The notes under the pieces: model-generated
What the model saw: only the letters and a program-made list of their open reading frames with translations
Databases searched by the model: none
What the model was told of the DNA's origin: nothing
NCBI GenBank assembly: GCA_964035545.1
Contig: OZ037771.1
Location: 12,337,133 to 12,401,132, forward strand
Length of the DNA stretch: 64,000 nucleotides
From: Bugula neritina
Taxonomy: Eukaryota; Animalia; Bryozoa
Reading direction: 5' to 3'
In this document: positions 37,101-52,100 of the stretch, one piece after another
Layout of the letters: the number at the start of each line of letters is the position of its first letter
Numbering within the stretch: position 1 is the stretch's first letter
Made by a program: the position numbers and the translations under genes

Positions 37101-40100
37101 ACCTTTTAAAGGCCTTGAACAACCTCTCAGCATGCTCTCCTTCACATCAAATAGCAGAGAACCAAGCTGAGGAGCATCCTCAGCTTGGGGGTGGATCTCC
37201 TGCCTGATGTACAGATTACTAGTGGCCCCTTTCCCTGAGACTATCAGTGCATCCAGTATAGTCAGATTGTTTCTATAAATACAAATTTAACAGTGAACTG
37301 GTGTGACGGCATGAGACTGAGTGTTTACTTATCACACGTGATAGATATACTTACAGCACATATTTACTTTTTATCACAGACTGAGTTTACACAGTAGATG
37401 GTCTACTTACTGAGTAAAACATTTTTAGGGGTAAAACAAAATGCTTCAAAGGTTAAAGAAATGCCAGTTTCACCATCTAAATCACTGCAGAGTGACTTTC
37501 AATTACTAAAAGCTCACCTTACTAGTATAACATATTCACCTTATTAGTATAAAACACTCACCTTATTAGTATGAGAGAGACGTAATTTTTGGCGACTCTC
37601 GGCTGGAAACCGATAGCCACGCTGACTCTTACACCGGGCAGCAATGTCGTAGCTATAGACTCGTTGTGAGGCATAACTCCAAAATTTTCTTTTACAGCTT
37701 CTCGAAATGATGGAACTGGATTACCACTATTCGTCTGTCAATAGAAAATATATACGAATTCATGCACAAATGTATAATATACATGTGTGTGTGTATATTA
37801 TACCTGGATAGTTGGCATATACGTATATATGACGTACATGTGTGTGGATAGTATACACATGTATATAGACCATTGTCTAGATTCCAGAATTTCTAAACTG
37901 AGATGTTTGAAGAGCATAAAATGGCATTTTTTGGACAAGTAAAAGTTTGCCAATTATAATATGAATAAATTTGAAGAAATAATTTTTTGCTTTAAAAATA
38001 TATTTTGAAGGAAAAAGCGCCAAAGTTGCCTTGCAAATTTCCAACAGTCTGTGTTTTTTATAAACTAGAATTTGATAAATTGAACAGAAAAGAGACATCC
38101 TTCGCAGTAGCCATTCAGCAGAACATACTATAAGCAGACGTATAATGATAAATTAATAATTCTTCCAGCTTCACTTGTATGATGCTTGATCTTTCTTCTT
38201 AATCTAACCAGAAGAGGAAGTACATACCCAGTATATACAGCATATAATATATCATATCCTACATTATCACATAGTATCATATCATATACCATATCATATA
38301 TCATATAGTATCATAGCACATGCATTTATGTAGAATTTGAACTTGACTCATAGCTGATAAACTAAAGGACATCTCAGCCAATTAAAACTCACGTTATATT
38401 TCTCTAAATTTTGCAAAGTGAATATGTCTTTTTCACTCAAGTCTAGGTGTGACCTCAACCTTTTCATGTCCGGTCTAAAATATACAGCACAAAGTTATTA
38501 CTCATACATACAGTGAAGTATTACTCATACATACAGTGAAGTATTACTCATATATACAGTGAAGTATTACTCATACATACAGTAAAGTATTACTCATACA
38601 TACAGTAAAGTATTACTCATACATACAGTGAAGTATTACTCATACATACAGTGAAGTATTATTCATACATACAGTGAAGTATTACTCATACACACAGTGA
38701 AGTATTACTCATACATACAGTGAAGTATTACTCATACATACAGTAAAGTATTACTCATACATACAGTAAAGTATTACTCATATATACAGTGAAGTATTAC
38801 TCATACATACAGTGAAGTATTACTCATACATACAGTAAAGTATTACTCATACATACAGTGAAGTATTACTCATACATACAGTGAAGTATTACTCATATAT
38901 ACAGTGAAGTATTACTCATACATACAGTGAAGTATTACTCATATATACAGTAAAGTATTACTCATACATACAGTGAAGTATTACTCATACATACAGTGAA
39001 GTATTACTCATACATACAGTGAAGTATTACTCATATATACAGTGAAGTATTACTCATACATACAGTAAAGTATTACTCATACATACAGTAAAGTATTACT
39101 CATACATACAGTGAAGTATTACTCATACATACAGTGAAGTATTATTCATACATACAGTGAAGTATTACTCATACACACAGTGAAGTATTACTCATACATA
39201 CAGTGAAGTATTACTCATACATACAGTAAAGTATTACTCATACATACAGTAAAGTATTACTCATATATACAGTGAAGTATTACTCATACATACAGTGAAG
39301 TATTACTCATACATACAGTAAAGTATTACTCATACATACAGTGAAGTATTACTCATATATACAGTGAAGTATTACTCATACATACAGTGAAGTATTACTC
39401 ATATATACAGTAAAGTATTACTCATACATACAGTGAAGTATTACTCATACATACAGTGAAGTATTACTCATACATACAGTGAAGTATTACTCATACATAG
39501 AGTGAAGTATTACTCATACATACAGTGAAGTATTACTCATACATACAGTGAAGTATTACTCATACATACAGTGAAGTATTACTCATACATACAGTAAAGT
39601 ATTACTCATACATACAGTGAAGTATTACTCATACATACAGTAAAGTATTACTCATACATACAGTGAAGTATTACTCATACATACAGTGAAGTATTACTCA
39701 TACATACAGTGAAGTATTACTCATACATAGAGTAAAGTATTACTCATACATACAGTGAAGTATTACTCATACATACAGTGAAGTATTACTCATACATACA
39801 GTGAAGTATTACTCATACATACAGTGAAGTATTACTCATATATACAGTAAAGTATTACTCATACATACAGTGAAGTATTACTCATACATACAGTGAAGTA
39901 TTACTCATACATAGAGTGAAGTATTACTCATACATACAGTGAAGTATTACTCATACATACAGTGAAGTATTACTCATACATACAGTAAAGTATTACTCAT
40001 ACATACAGTGAAGTATTACTCATACATACAGTAAAGTATTACTCATACATACAGTGAAGTATTACTCATACATACAGTAAAGTATTACTCATACATACAG

Positions 40101-43100
40101 TGAAGTATTACTCATACATACAGTGTAGTATTACTCATACATACAGTAAAGTATTACTCATACATACAGTGAAGTATTACTCATACATACAGTGAAGTAT
40201 TACTCATATATACAGTGAAGTATTACTCATACATACAGTGAAGTATTACTCATATATACAGTAAAGTATTACTCATACATACAGTGAAGTATTACTCATA
40301 CATACAGTGAAGTATTACTCATACATACAGTGAAGTATTACTCATACATACAGTAAAGTATTACTCATACATACAGTGAAGTATTACTCATACATACAGT
40401 AAAGTATTACTCATACATACAGTGAAGTATTACTCATACATACAGTGAAGTATTACTCATACATACAGTGAAGTATTACTCATACATAGAGTAAAGTATT
40501 ACTCATACATACAGTGAAGTATTACTCATACATACAGTAAAGTATTACTCATACATACAGTGAAGTATGACTCATACATACAGTAAAGTATTACTCATAT
40601 ACACAGTGAAGTATTACTCATACATACAGTGAAGTATTACTCATATATACAGTGAAGTATTACTCATACATACAGTAAAGTATTACTCATATACACAGTG
40701 AAGTATTACTCATACATAGAGTAAAGTATTACTCATATATACAGTGAAGTATTACTCATACATACAGTGAAGTATTACTCATACATACAGTAAAGTATTA
40801 CTCATACATACAGTGAAGTATTACTCATACATACAGTGAAGTATTACTCATACATACAGTAAAGTATTACTCATACATACAGTGAAGTATTACTCATACA
40901 TACAGTGAAGTATTACTCATACATACAGTGAGGTATTACTCATACATACAGTAAAGTATTACTCATACATACAGTAAAGTATTACTCATACATACAGTAA
41001 AGTATTACTCATACATACAGTGAAGTATTACTCATACATACCGTGACATGAAAAGCTCTATCAATGCCTCTGGGTTTGTATATAAAGATAGAGGTAGTAT
41101 TTGAATAGTTACATCTGTATGGGACGGATTCTCGACAACCACAGACATTGACTGCAAACACAGGAGCGTAGTCTTTAGTACCAGATATCATGATGAACTC
41201 ATGTCTGTATACTGTCCCTAGCCCTGTGAGACCCCCCCCCCCCGATGGCAAGGTTTACTAGCTTAGTACTGTGTCTATCACCATACAGGCAATATGGTTT
41301 GAAAGTCTTCCAGAACATCTATGACCGAATGCCCTTCCAGACATCATCAATTCACCTGCTAAGGTGTAAACCTACGACCTAGTGCTCCCACCACTGGACT
41401 AGTGAACCTGCTTCAGGCTAAGCCACTAGACTACGAATTCTCTTTAGACTGTATGATAAACTAAGACTGTTTCAGTAGACACGTTCATGAACACCTTCTG
41501 ACTCACTCAAATGAAAAGATCAGATGACTGGTAGAAAGTAGAGAATGTCAGAGAGTGAAGTTAGGAGAAGCACTTAGTTACACATGCTATGCCATGTCAC
41601 TTTGTCGACATGATGAAAACATTGCAATATGTCTGAGGATATAGTTACAGAGAGAACCTTACCAACTCAGCTTAAACACTGCAGACTTATTAAGGAGTAG
41701 ACAGTGAGTGACATATGTGTAGTGAGCTATATATAGAACAAGTATAAGTATAAGTGGGAAGACAACTTACTGACAGGTTACCGACTTGAGTTGGTTGGAA
41801 TCGTAAACGATGACCATCCTGGAGAAGTGACGGCCATATGAGACGAGCTTGAGCAGGAAAGAGGAAGTTCTGTATCCACTCTGTGTCTACTTGGACCGTT
41901 ACATTCGCACTGCATTGAATATGTACTTTTATAGTATTATATATGTCATTCATTTACTCCATATAATGTGTACTATATACTTACACTACACACTGTGCTT
42001 ACACTACACAGTATATACTTACACTACACAGTGCATACTTACACTACACAGTGCATACTTACACTACACACTTTATACTTTCAGTACACAGTAAATACTT
42101 TTACTACACAGTATACATATACTTACACCACACAGTGTATACTCACACTACAAAGTATATACTTACACTACACACTGCATACTTACACTGCATGGCATAT
42201 ACTTACACTACACAGTTTATACATAAACAACAGTATATATACTTACACTACACTGTATATACTTACACTAGATACTATATCATAGTAGAACTACACTTAC
42301 ACACTGCGATGCTGCAAGGCGTTCCACCGCTCTCTATACAAGGTGTAAAGGTAAGTGTCCACCATATCTGAGCTGGGAGAGAGGGAGAGAGCCGCCACCC
42401 AGTTCAGGCCTCCAGGAGAGTTCAAAGGTAGACCTGCATAGCTGTCGTATGTTGAGCTGTTCTGTGCATCAAAGTATATGTGACCAATCTAGAAAATATA
42501 CACACAATATAGAAATACATATATGACCAATCTAGAAAATATACATGCAATATAGAAATACATATGTATGAGATCAATCTAGAAAATATACATGCAATAT
42601 AGAGATACATGTGACCAATCTATAAAAATATGCACACAATCTAGGAAAACACACATGCAACCAATTGTACAATAGTGATACTAATCTAGTGATATATGTG
42701 CTCAATCTAGAAACACGCAGGACTACCCGATGCAGCCAACTTAGTAAAAGCACTCTTTCAATATTTTCCAGCAACTCTTCCACACAATTGGAAAGTTAAA
42801 TCTGCAGTTCTAAAGAATCCTGACCACAAGTGTTACTTTCAGCTACTTTTATCACATCTGAGTCTTATCATAATATTATGCTCCAAATTCATGTGTTTAA
42901 TTATCCATACAGAGAAAATCAGACTTAAAATGACTTGTAATTTCTGCCCATAAACTTATTGAGTAGCAGCTACTGTGACTTTGACACTGAGAAGCACTAA
43001 TTAAACCCTCGGAAAAACAATAAGAATTGTTTCCAAGGAAATTTACTTGAAGTTAAAAAGTTACTATAATAGCAGTAGATAAATAAATGTGGCTCATGTT

Positions 43101-46100
43101 AAAGTATTTCTAAGTGATTATTTAGTTTAAAACACTAAAGTACTCAACACAGCGTCTTGGAATGGCGCAAGTACTTACCACAGTGTCTGGGAATGACTCA
43201 AGTAATACCACGGTGTTTTGAGATGACTCAAGCACTTACCACAGTGTCTTGGAATGACTCAAGTACTCAACACAGTGTCTTGGAATGACTCAAGTATTTA
43301 CCACAGTGTCTTGGGATGACTCAAGCAGTTACCACAGTGTCTTGGGATGACTCAAGCAGTTACCACAGTGTCTTGGAATGACTCAAGTACTTACCACAGT
43401 GTCTTGGAATGGCTCAAGCACTTACCACAGTGTCTTGGAATGACTCAAGCACTTACCACAGTGTCTTGGAATGGCTCAAGTACTGTTGGTGTGTTCTTTG
43501 TTGGCTCATATCTAAATCTACTGTCTTCTGGTAAAAAGGAGACTTTCGTAACCTCTGTGTAGTGAGCAAATGAACTCCGTATTTTCAATACTTTAAACGG
43601 TACTTTTGTCTACAAATAGAATTGAAATAATGTCTGCATATTTTTAGCAAAAAGAAAGACGGTAGAAAAAATACTTGCAAAAAACTCCCCAAAACTTCAT
43701 AATTGAAACAATTTGAAAAATACTATTCAATAAAAATATGCTATAGAAATGTTGTTACTGTAAATTACTATAAATGCTACTGTGATTGGCTAAACTAGTT
43801 TTGATAATTAGTGTTCAGTAAATATCTCCCCACAAAAGCATTTAATAAATTAAAACCTGAATAAGAAAATATATTAGCATAAGAATTAATGTTATAAGAA
43901 TTAAGAGGTGGAACTGGTCACATGGCTGCTTCAACACTTACAGGAAATGCATTGTCGAATATAATCTTTTCAGGTATAGACTTAACACTCCCTTCTGTAG
44001 TCCTGAATCTGATTGGCACATAGAAAGTCTACAAACAGCCAATCACAGATAGTCATACAAAATCATAATAGTAAAGCACACTTGATTGGATAAATAATTT
44101 AAAATAATAATCAGAATAAGAAAGTTGACAGATATTCAAGACTAAAGCATAGGCACAACATCCAGTATGACATGAAATAAAAAAAGGTGTCGGTAAGTTA
44201 TAGAAACACATTAATTACAAAACTAGACACTATTAACACAGATTAATTATGTTGTCAGTTACACTGCCAGTCAGTTACACTAACAGTGACTTAGACTAAC
44301 ACTGCCAGTCTGTTAGACTAAAAGTCAGAATAACAGTCAGTTACACTACCAGTCAGTTAGATTAGCAGTCAGTTGAACTGACAGTCAGTTAGATTAGCAG
44401 TCAGTTAGACTACCAGTTAGATTAGCAGTCAGTTGAACTGACAGCCATTTTGACCATAACTATTTAACCTAATGGTTGTCCCAAGAGGCAGAGAATAAAA
44501 CAATGACAATCCATACTAGTTTGATAAAGCACACTAGTGGTAATTATTGTATGATGCTTACGTCAAAGTCTGTTGCTACTCTGATGTCTACCAAATAATT
44601 CCCATCACTCCTGGGTGCTGTCAGCTTAACCTTATAGACAGCAAAGCTGTGGGGAGGCAGCACCAGCTACAGAGAACAAGCAATAAGATACAGCTTTACA
44701 AAGAGAAGATAACTCACAGGGAGAGTAAATAGAAGACAACTCCGTGAATATATAGCAGTACTGATTAAATGTAGCAGTGAGAAGGCAATTTCGTATAATA
44801 TATAGAAAGGAATATGTTCCTATATATAAGGGGATGGTCAGCCATTTTCTAAATGAATCATTTTACTGTATTTAGTACACATCAGCAAATTGTGACCAAA
44901 CATTAAAGTTTGCTCATAATTTATTGAAAATTACTATAATTACGTAGTAATTTTATATGCTGATTCTAATTATGCACAAGCTAAATAAAAGGCTGGGAGG
45001 AGATTCCCCACCATTAAAGCACGCATCTTGTCATATGAGCTAAATATAAATGTGCAACAGTTATGAAAAAACCATCATGTCCGCACATACCAATTTACTA
45101 AAGACTTTGGAAAAACATAGAAAATCAACCAAATTTGAAAGAAAAACTTTAATTATTTAGCTGTATTTGTTCCTATTCTATTAGCTTAGGGCAAGAAACC
45201 ATATGCATTAGCAGCTACATTGTGAAAAATAGTTAAAAACTAGAGATATAGAGTGTGTACTAAATTAAGTAAAATGACCCAAATATTACATAGAAGGGAA
45301 TATTATATATCATATAAATTGTTATTTTAAAAGCCACATTATATACTATTTGAGGAAATGTGAAACATCTTTTGAACCCCATTGATGTTGATTAGTGACT
45401 CAAGTATTTATAGATGATTGAAACAAAGAGTTTCTGCTATTTGGAGTCATTTCCTCAACTTTTTACACAATATTTCTGGTTAAGTTCCTGTCAATTTTTG
45501 ATTGGTGTAAACTAAGAATTACAATAAGTGGCACAAAATAGTTTGGTAAGATAGGACAACTTCTAGTTAAAACACCCAAAGACTATTTACTACGTGCATT
45601 GGCTAGGTGGACAGGTTAAATGAAAACTGCACGAATAAAACGCCTTACCAGATCTTTGTTAATATTCGTCCAATCAGGAGGCTTGGTTAACATGAAGCCC
45701 GGTCCAGTCTCCACACCAAATAACTCTACTTGCGTAGCGGGTGACGTGCAATATAAGTCTTTAACTGTGACCTGCAATGAATGTTGGTGTATATCCAAAG
45801 TACTGATTAGTAAATTACACACCTATAAACTGCAAACTAATTTCCAGGGCCAAAAGATTAACAACACAAAGCTATAACACGATTATCATGCTAGTTTGCT
45901 GTGCAGCGAGATTAATGGATGAACGTGACAGGAAGAGAGCTTATCTAAACCCTCACACAAGTTTATAGTTACCATCCCCGTAAAAAAACCCCTGATGGAA
46001 AAAGTTTGATAGGGATTAAGGACTTATGTACTTATATGTGGCAGAGAAGGAATTATGAGTGAATGCTCTTCCTAACATCACTGCTAGTCTTTGTGCTCGG

Positions 46101-49100
46101 GCCACGGACCTCATGGTTTCGCTAGGCAAGCAATATAAACCCCTACACCACTACTGATAACACCAACTACAGCTCCTATGCTGCAGTGCATCTGTATTAA
46201 GACTTACATTTACTGGGTTATTGTTGCGTAGTGTGAAGTATAGCTCTCTGTTTTCACCGAAGCCGAGTGAACCAAAGTCAAGCTCCCTGCTGTTGTGCTG
46301 GAACACCATCTATAATATATAAAGAAGAAACAATACCAACAAGTATGGCCGATTCATTGAAATGAGTGACAAGAACCCAGCATTATATAAAGTAGTAAAT
46401 TGAACTGAATGTAAATCTTTAGATAGATTAGATGGCAAGGCAAAGCACTGTGATATTGTGCAAATACATTGTTTAAAGCAATTATTTACTGAAGTAGAAA
46501 ATATCTCAAGCTTTTTTTTCAAATAAAATATGACATTACATAATACAAATATGACAGAATATAATATAAAGATGACAGAATATAATATAAATATGACAGA
46601 ATATAACACTGTAACATAAAAGAGATGGAAGTAGGAAATTACCTGAAGTTTACCATCATACACGTGAAGTGGGAGAGTGAAGACAGAGATGTTTGTATGT
46701 ATGTCAATATGTGTGGTAAGTGAGCCCTGTATTCTCTTTATCACCGAGTTGACTGATAGCTTACACAACTCTATGATACCCCCAGCGGGGACGACTACAT
46801 GACGTCGCGTCATTGTCTTCTGCAAGGAGAGCAACAGAAGATATGAAAATACATACATATCCAGTTTGTTATAGTACATACTGTTGTATTACTATGTGCT
46901 TATATTATATATTAATTAAAACTTTAGATCACAATCTGATGCTGAAGAAAACAATACATATTATGTATATTACGTTACTATTAACCGTTACAGTATGTAG
47001 CTTGACATCCTAATGGTAACATTGCTGGTTATGAAGTAGAAATGGAATCTTCATGTATAATTTCCATGACCTCAGATAAGATGAGTGAGTTGAGTTGACA
47101 ATACACACATACACTTACCTTTAACCAGGTAGAATTAGCTAGACTCACTTTCAACCAGGTATAATTAGCTAGACTCACCTTCAACCAGGTAGAATTAGCT
47201 GCACCCACCTTCAACCAGGTAGAATTAGCTGCACCCACCTTCAACCAGGTAGAATTAGCTAGACTCACCTTCAACCAGGTAGAATTAGCTGCTATGGTGA
47301 TATTATGTACAACCAGAGGCTGTAGGAAGGAGTTCTTCACTCGCAGAGATTTGACCAGATCTGTGGCCTGTTTTATCTCAGACGTGTGTATGGTGAGCGA
47401 GGAGGGGTGCTCCAGTTGAAGTAGCCTGTAAACACAAGGGGTGGATACAGAGCTGACACTAAGTGGGGAGACAAAGATAAAATAAATATAGACCAAAGAA
47501 AATAAAAAATTATTAGTGCTTATTTAAGCATAAATACAATGCTAGCTACCAAATTCATGGATTAAATGTGTTTAGAAGTTGTCTTCCCAACCAGTTTGTA
47601 AAGATATAAGTTGCTGAGCTCACCCCTGCTGTAGTTGCACTGTATACGGCACTGATAGCTTCTGGCCCCCTGATCCCATCACCACAACCTCTCCTTTTTC
47701 TACAGATGATTTGTTGACTAAATGTGTGCCGTAATGTAGCATGGCTATCAGAGACATCTGTGAAACGTCTCCCTCCACTATAGTTGGTGACCTCAGAGCT
47801 TCTATACTTATAGCTTTGTTGGGAGGTTCTAACCGAACATCCTACAAAAATATATCTACTGTTAAAGAGCTCAGTCTAAGTAGATATTCGAATATCTATT
47901 CATAATCGGCGTTATGTCTTACAGATACAGAAATGATACTTATAGCTTTGTTGGGAGGTTCTAACCGAACATCCTACAAAAATAGATCTACTATTAAAGA
48001 GCTCAGTCTAAGTAGATATTCGAATATCTATTCATAATCGGCGTTATGTCTTACAGATACAGAAATGATGCCAGTTTGTTGTACTCTAAACAAATGAAAA
48101 CTAGTATTGCCAAAGTTTGCATATTTTTGTAGACTTATTTCAAATTATTATCAGCAATTATATTATAGTGTCTCTAAATGTCACAAAATGGCAGCAACCC
48201 TATATGTTACATAACTTCATTGTGTGTATGTATTATATATGTATATATGTATGCATATATACATATATACACGCACACCGTTCCACACACATATATTTCC
48301 AAAGCTAATTTCCAGACAGAAAACCTATATAAAATACATCCAGTCAAAAATACAATGTTAAAACTAATTTGAAGTTATTCACTGCTGGATTGCATTTGAC
48401 TAAGTAATTGATTTTAGATGTTGCAAGTGAAGCAATACTACACAATGCAATCAGGCGAAGGGTTAGATTATACATATCTGTGTGATAAGGCATGTAGCAA
48501 GTGGTATAGAATAGTGATTATGAAATAGGAATAAAGGGCAGTAGAGAGGTTATCAACTAATACTGTTTATAGTCTCCCACCATAATAACAGAAATGACAT
48601 TACATACAGTCTGCTATACTAAGCTATCTAGTTTCCTATCAACTACACTTTACATATACTGTTGGTGATGTATATACTATTACAGGATGATAGTTCTTAA
48701 CACATGTTCACAACTTACGAGCAAACTGAGCTAGCATAATGAAAAACTCTAGAAAGAGACTAAAACTTGAGAAGGTGAGGTAGCTAAGAGTATAATAGCC
48801 TAAGTGAAAACCTTTATTTGACCTTATTTATGTCAAGGTCATCATTCACTCAGGTCTATCTCACACAGACAAGTCAAGTTAATAGAAATTCAAAAGTTTC
48901 AATAAACTAAAACCCCAAACACCATTGAAATGAATTAATGTGCATATAATGTGCATAAATACTTATGCTAGAGCTAACACTTACTGTGATCTCTACTGGT
49001 TTTGTGCTGCTGTTGATAACGAAAAGAGGAAGAGATGCTGAAGAAGTCTCTGAATGCAACACCCCAAAGTCGAGCACGTGCTGAGGTGAATATAGCCCGG

Positions 49101-52100
49101 GTTTCTCGGACACTTCTACTTCTAATGGTACTATAAGGAGCTCATCTTTACCTGCAGTATAGAGCCACTTGTACATGTAGCACGCAAAGAAATACAGATA
49201 GTTTAGCTAGTCTGAGAAAGATACAAAAAGTAGCTCTGAAGAAAAGCTACTCTTGCTGGACATAGGAGCCAGTACACTAGAGGGAAGATATTGTAATGTG
49301 ACTACATGAGAACACATAGACTACTGAGAAGAAACTTCTATTCCTTGTTTGTAAACCATGCAAATAGAAATAGTGAGATCTAGAAAAACTTTTGGTGAGG
49401 AAACACAGCTATAAAATATGTCAATTGAGTTTCAAAAGAGTAAAGAAATCTACAAATATGAAACCACGTCAAAATGAGGTAGTTGCAGTAAATAGAGAAA
49501 TTGAGAAAAGCCTGTGTTCCCGAATAAAATTGTAGCAAAAGAAGCTATGTTCTCGCAAGAATTTCAACCCGCGCTCTAAACCGAAATTTAATAATAAAAT
49601 TAAAGAACTAAGGCTATCTCAATTTCTTCACTACTGCTCCTTAATGGTAAAAATGCTATATTAAATATCAACTGTCACAACTCAACAGCTGAGAAAAATA
49701 AACATTTCCCCACGTTTAGCCTGATTGCAACTCTGCAGATAGTCAAAAGCTTCTTCTAAAGACTAACCCTGTTTTGACTTGGTACGAATTCGTATAAAAC
49801 CCGTGTCATTGATGACCTTGTTAGCTAGGTAAGTTGCTCTCATAACTGGCTTGGTCTCGAACGGCCTCAGCTCCTACAATATAAGCCCATTCTATGATCA
49901 ACAGACATGTTAAACTACAAGCTATGGAACACATGCTAACAGCAGAATTATCCCCCTTAATCAAAGATGTTACTATATATAGTACATAGTAGTGTCTTGA
50001 CTATGCAGCATCATATAACACTGCATAGGAGCTGAAACCAAAGAGGAACTGCTAACTGAATAGCATTCAATAATTAATTTTCCATGACCTGCAGATTGTT
50101 CTACTCAGACTATAATGTAATCAAAATCAATTTGATTACATTATAGTCTGATAAATTACTAAACAGTTGCAGGCATGAGCCTAGTTCTACATGCTGTCCT
50201 ACACTCAGACTAAATAGTAGAGATAATAGACATAGATATCTACACTGAATACATAGACATAGATATATACTTTGAACACCTACACACAGTAGATATAATA
50301 CACATAGACATAGATATACAGACTGAATACATGCAGTAGATATAATACGCATAGACATATAGAGCATACACCGAATACAAAGTAGGTAATATAATATACA
50401 TAGATATATGCACTGGATACATACAGTTGATATAATACACATAGACATATAGAGTATAGACACTGGCAAACACTAACCCACATATTCTGCGTTGCTTCGG
50501 CTGCCCCGGTAGGTAACTCCAGGTGAATATTCCCGCCACTAGAAAACATCTCTATGACACGAAGAGCCTTGTTGAAGGGATTGTGCATAGTAATAATAGG
50601 GGAATAACTCCCATTAACCGGCACCTTCGCGCCCAGTAGCGGCTTGATACGAAACGCATTGTCTACGCCCGTTCCAAAAACCTACACATCAAAAAGTAAA
50701 GCATATGCTATATATAAGAGAATAGCAAAGATTTGCTAGAAACTGTAGACAGCTTACACAGTCTGTGTTCTACCAGGTGGGGTGCAGTAATGGAGAAAAG
50801 CCTGTGTTCTAGATTAGAAATGTAGCAAGAAATACAGTCCGTGCCCCCAAAAAAATTTATTAACATAATAAAAGAACTTGGGCTATCTCAATTTCTCTGC
50901 TACTGCTCCTTAATATGTTTTACTCACTAAGTCACAGCCTAGCTCAACTTCAGTAACTTAGTAAACTCACAGCAATGCCAACAGCTGACAGAAATACAAA
51001 AGTCACAACAATTTGTTGGATCTACGTGAAAAAAGTTTAATCTTGTGAAATAACATAACGATACAAGAGAGACAACTTCACTTGTTCCTTTTTAATACAT
51101 AATCTGTGGGATATTAGCAACATAATACAGAAACTATCTTTGATGTGTAAACTAAAAACCCATCATTATCTATTATAGATGATATGCTAATCATATTCCA
51201 ATATACTTTTAGCCTTCCTGGCAGTGAGTGTTTGATTCCCTTAAAGAATAAAGGAAGCATCTTAGTAATGCATAATTTATGACTCAATTAGCCTTCAGGT
51301 ATATCCAGGTATATAGTTATCAGAGTATTACATAACAAGTTACTGGTAGGGAGTTCAGTGACCTATAAGAATGACAACTCTTTGACTAATAGCCTCAGAG
51401 TATAGATTTTTCTGGCAGTTAAGAGGGGCTGTTAGCAGCACGTCTCCAACCAATCTCCTATACCTTGTAGACACAGCACTTATCACTACAGAGCAACAAC
51501 CTTGCAGAAACGTAAAGTTATTAATGTGTCAAAATGGTTCCCTAGAAACAAATACTTAAATAACAAAAGACAATTATTTAATAACTAGACACCATGTTTA
51601 TGGTTTAATTAAATAATTAAAAAGTAAAAGACAGAAAAAACAGCACATACAGTGCTACCACTTGGAGTTACTTGCACCAGATTGAGAAGGATTTCGCAAT
51701 GCCAAAGGGGTCATAAATGTGAAAGTGTTGCAATGTGAATGACGGGGTGATGTGAAGAACGCCATCGGCTTCCTGCAAACAGACTATCTTCCCTACCTGG
51801 TCATAGAGAGATGACTTTAGACAGCAAATAAACTCTCTCAGGCAAGTTTATAGTCACTATGCCTGTGAGAAACCCTGATGGAAAGGGTTTTTGTTAAAGC
51901 CAGCTAAGGACTTATTCAGATGGGGCACAGGAACAATTATGACTGGATGCTCTTCCTAACATCACCAATGCCTTTGTCAGGGCTGGACATCAAATACTTA
52001 CATTATATATAAACACTCCTCTGTCTGTTAGGATTTTTAATGCATATTCAACATCTCCCACCTCTCTGGCTAGGAACACTACATCAAAGGTAGTGTTTTT

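Noticed and set aside
38495-41041. CRISPR-like regular repeat
   Set aside because: Head-to-tail units with no unique spacers, no cas genes, and a eukaryotic intron context.
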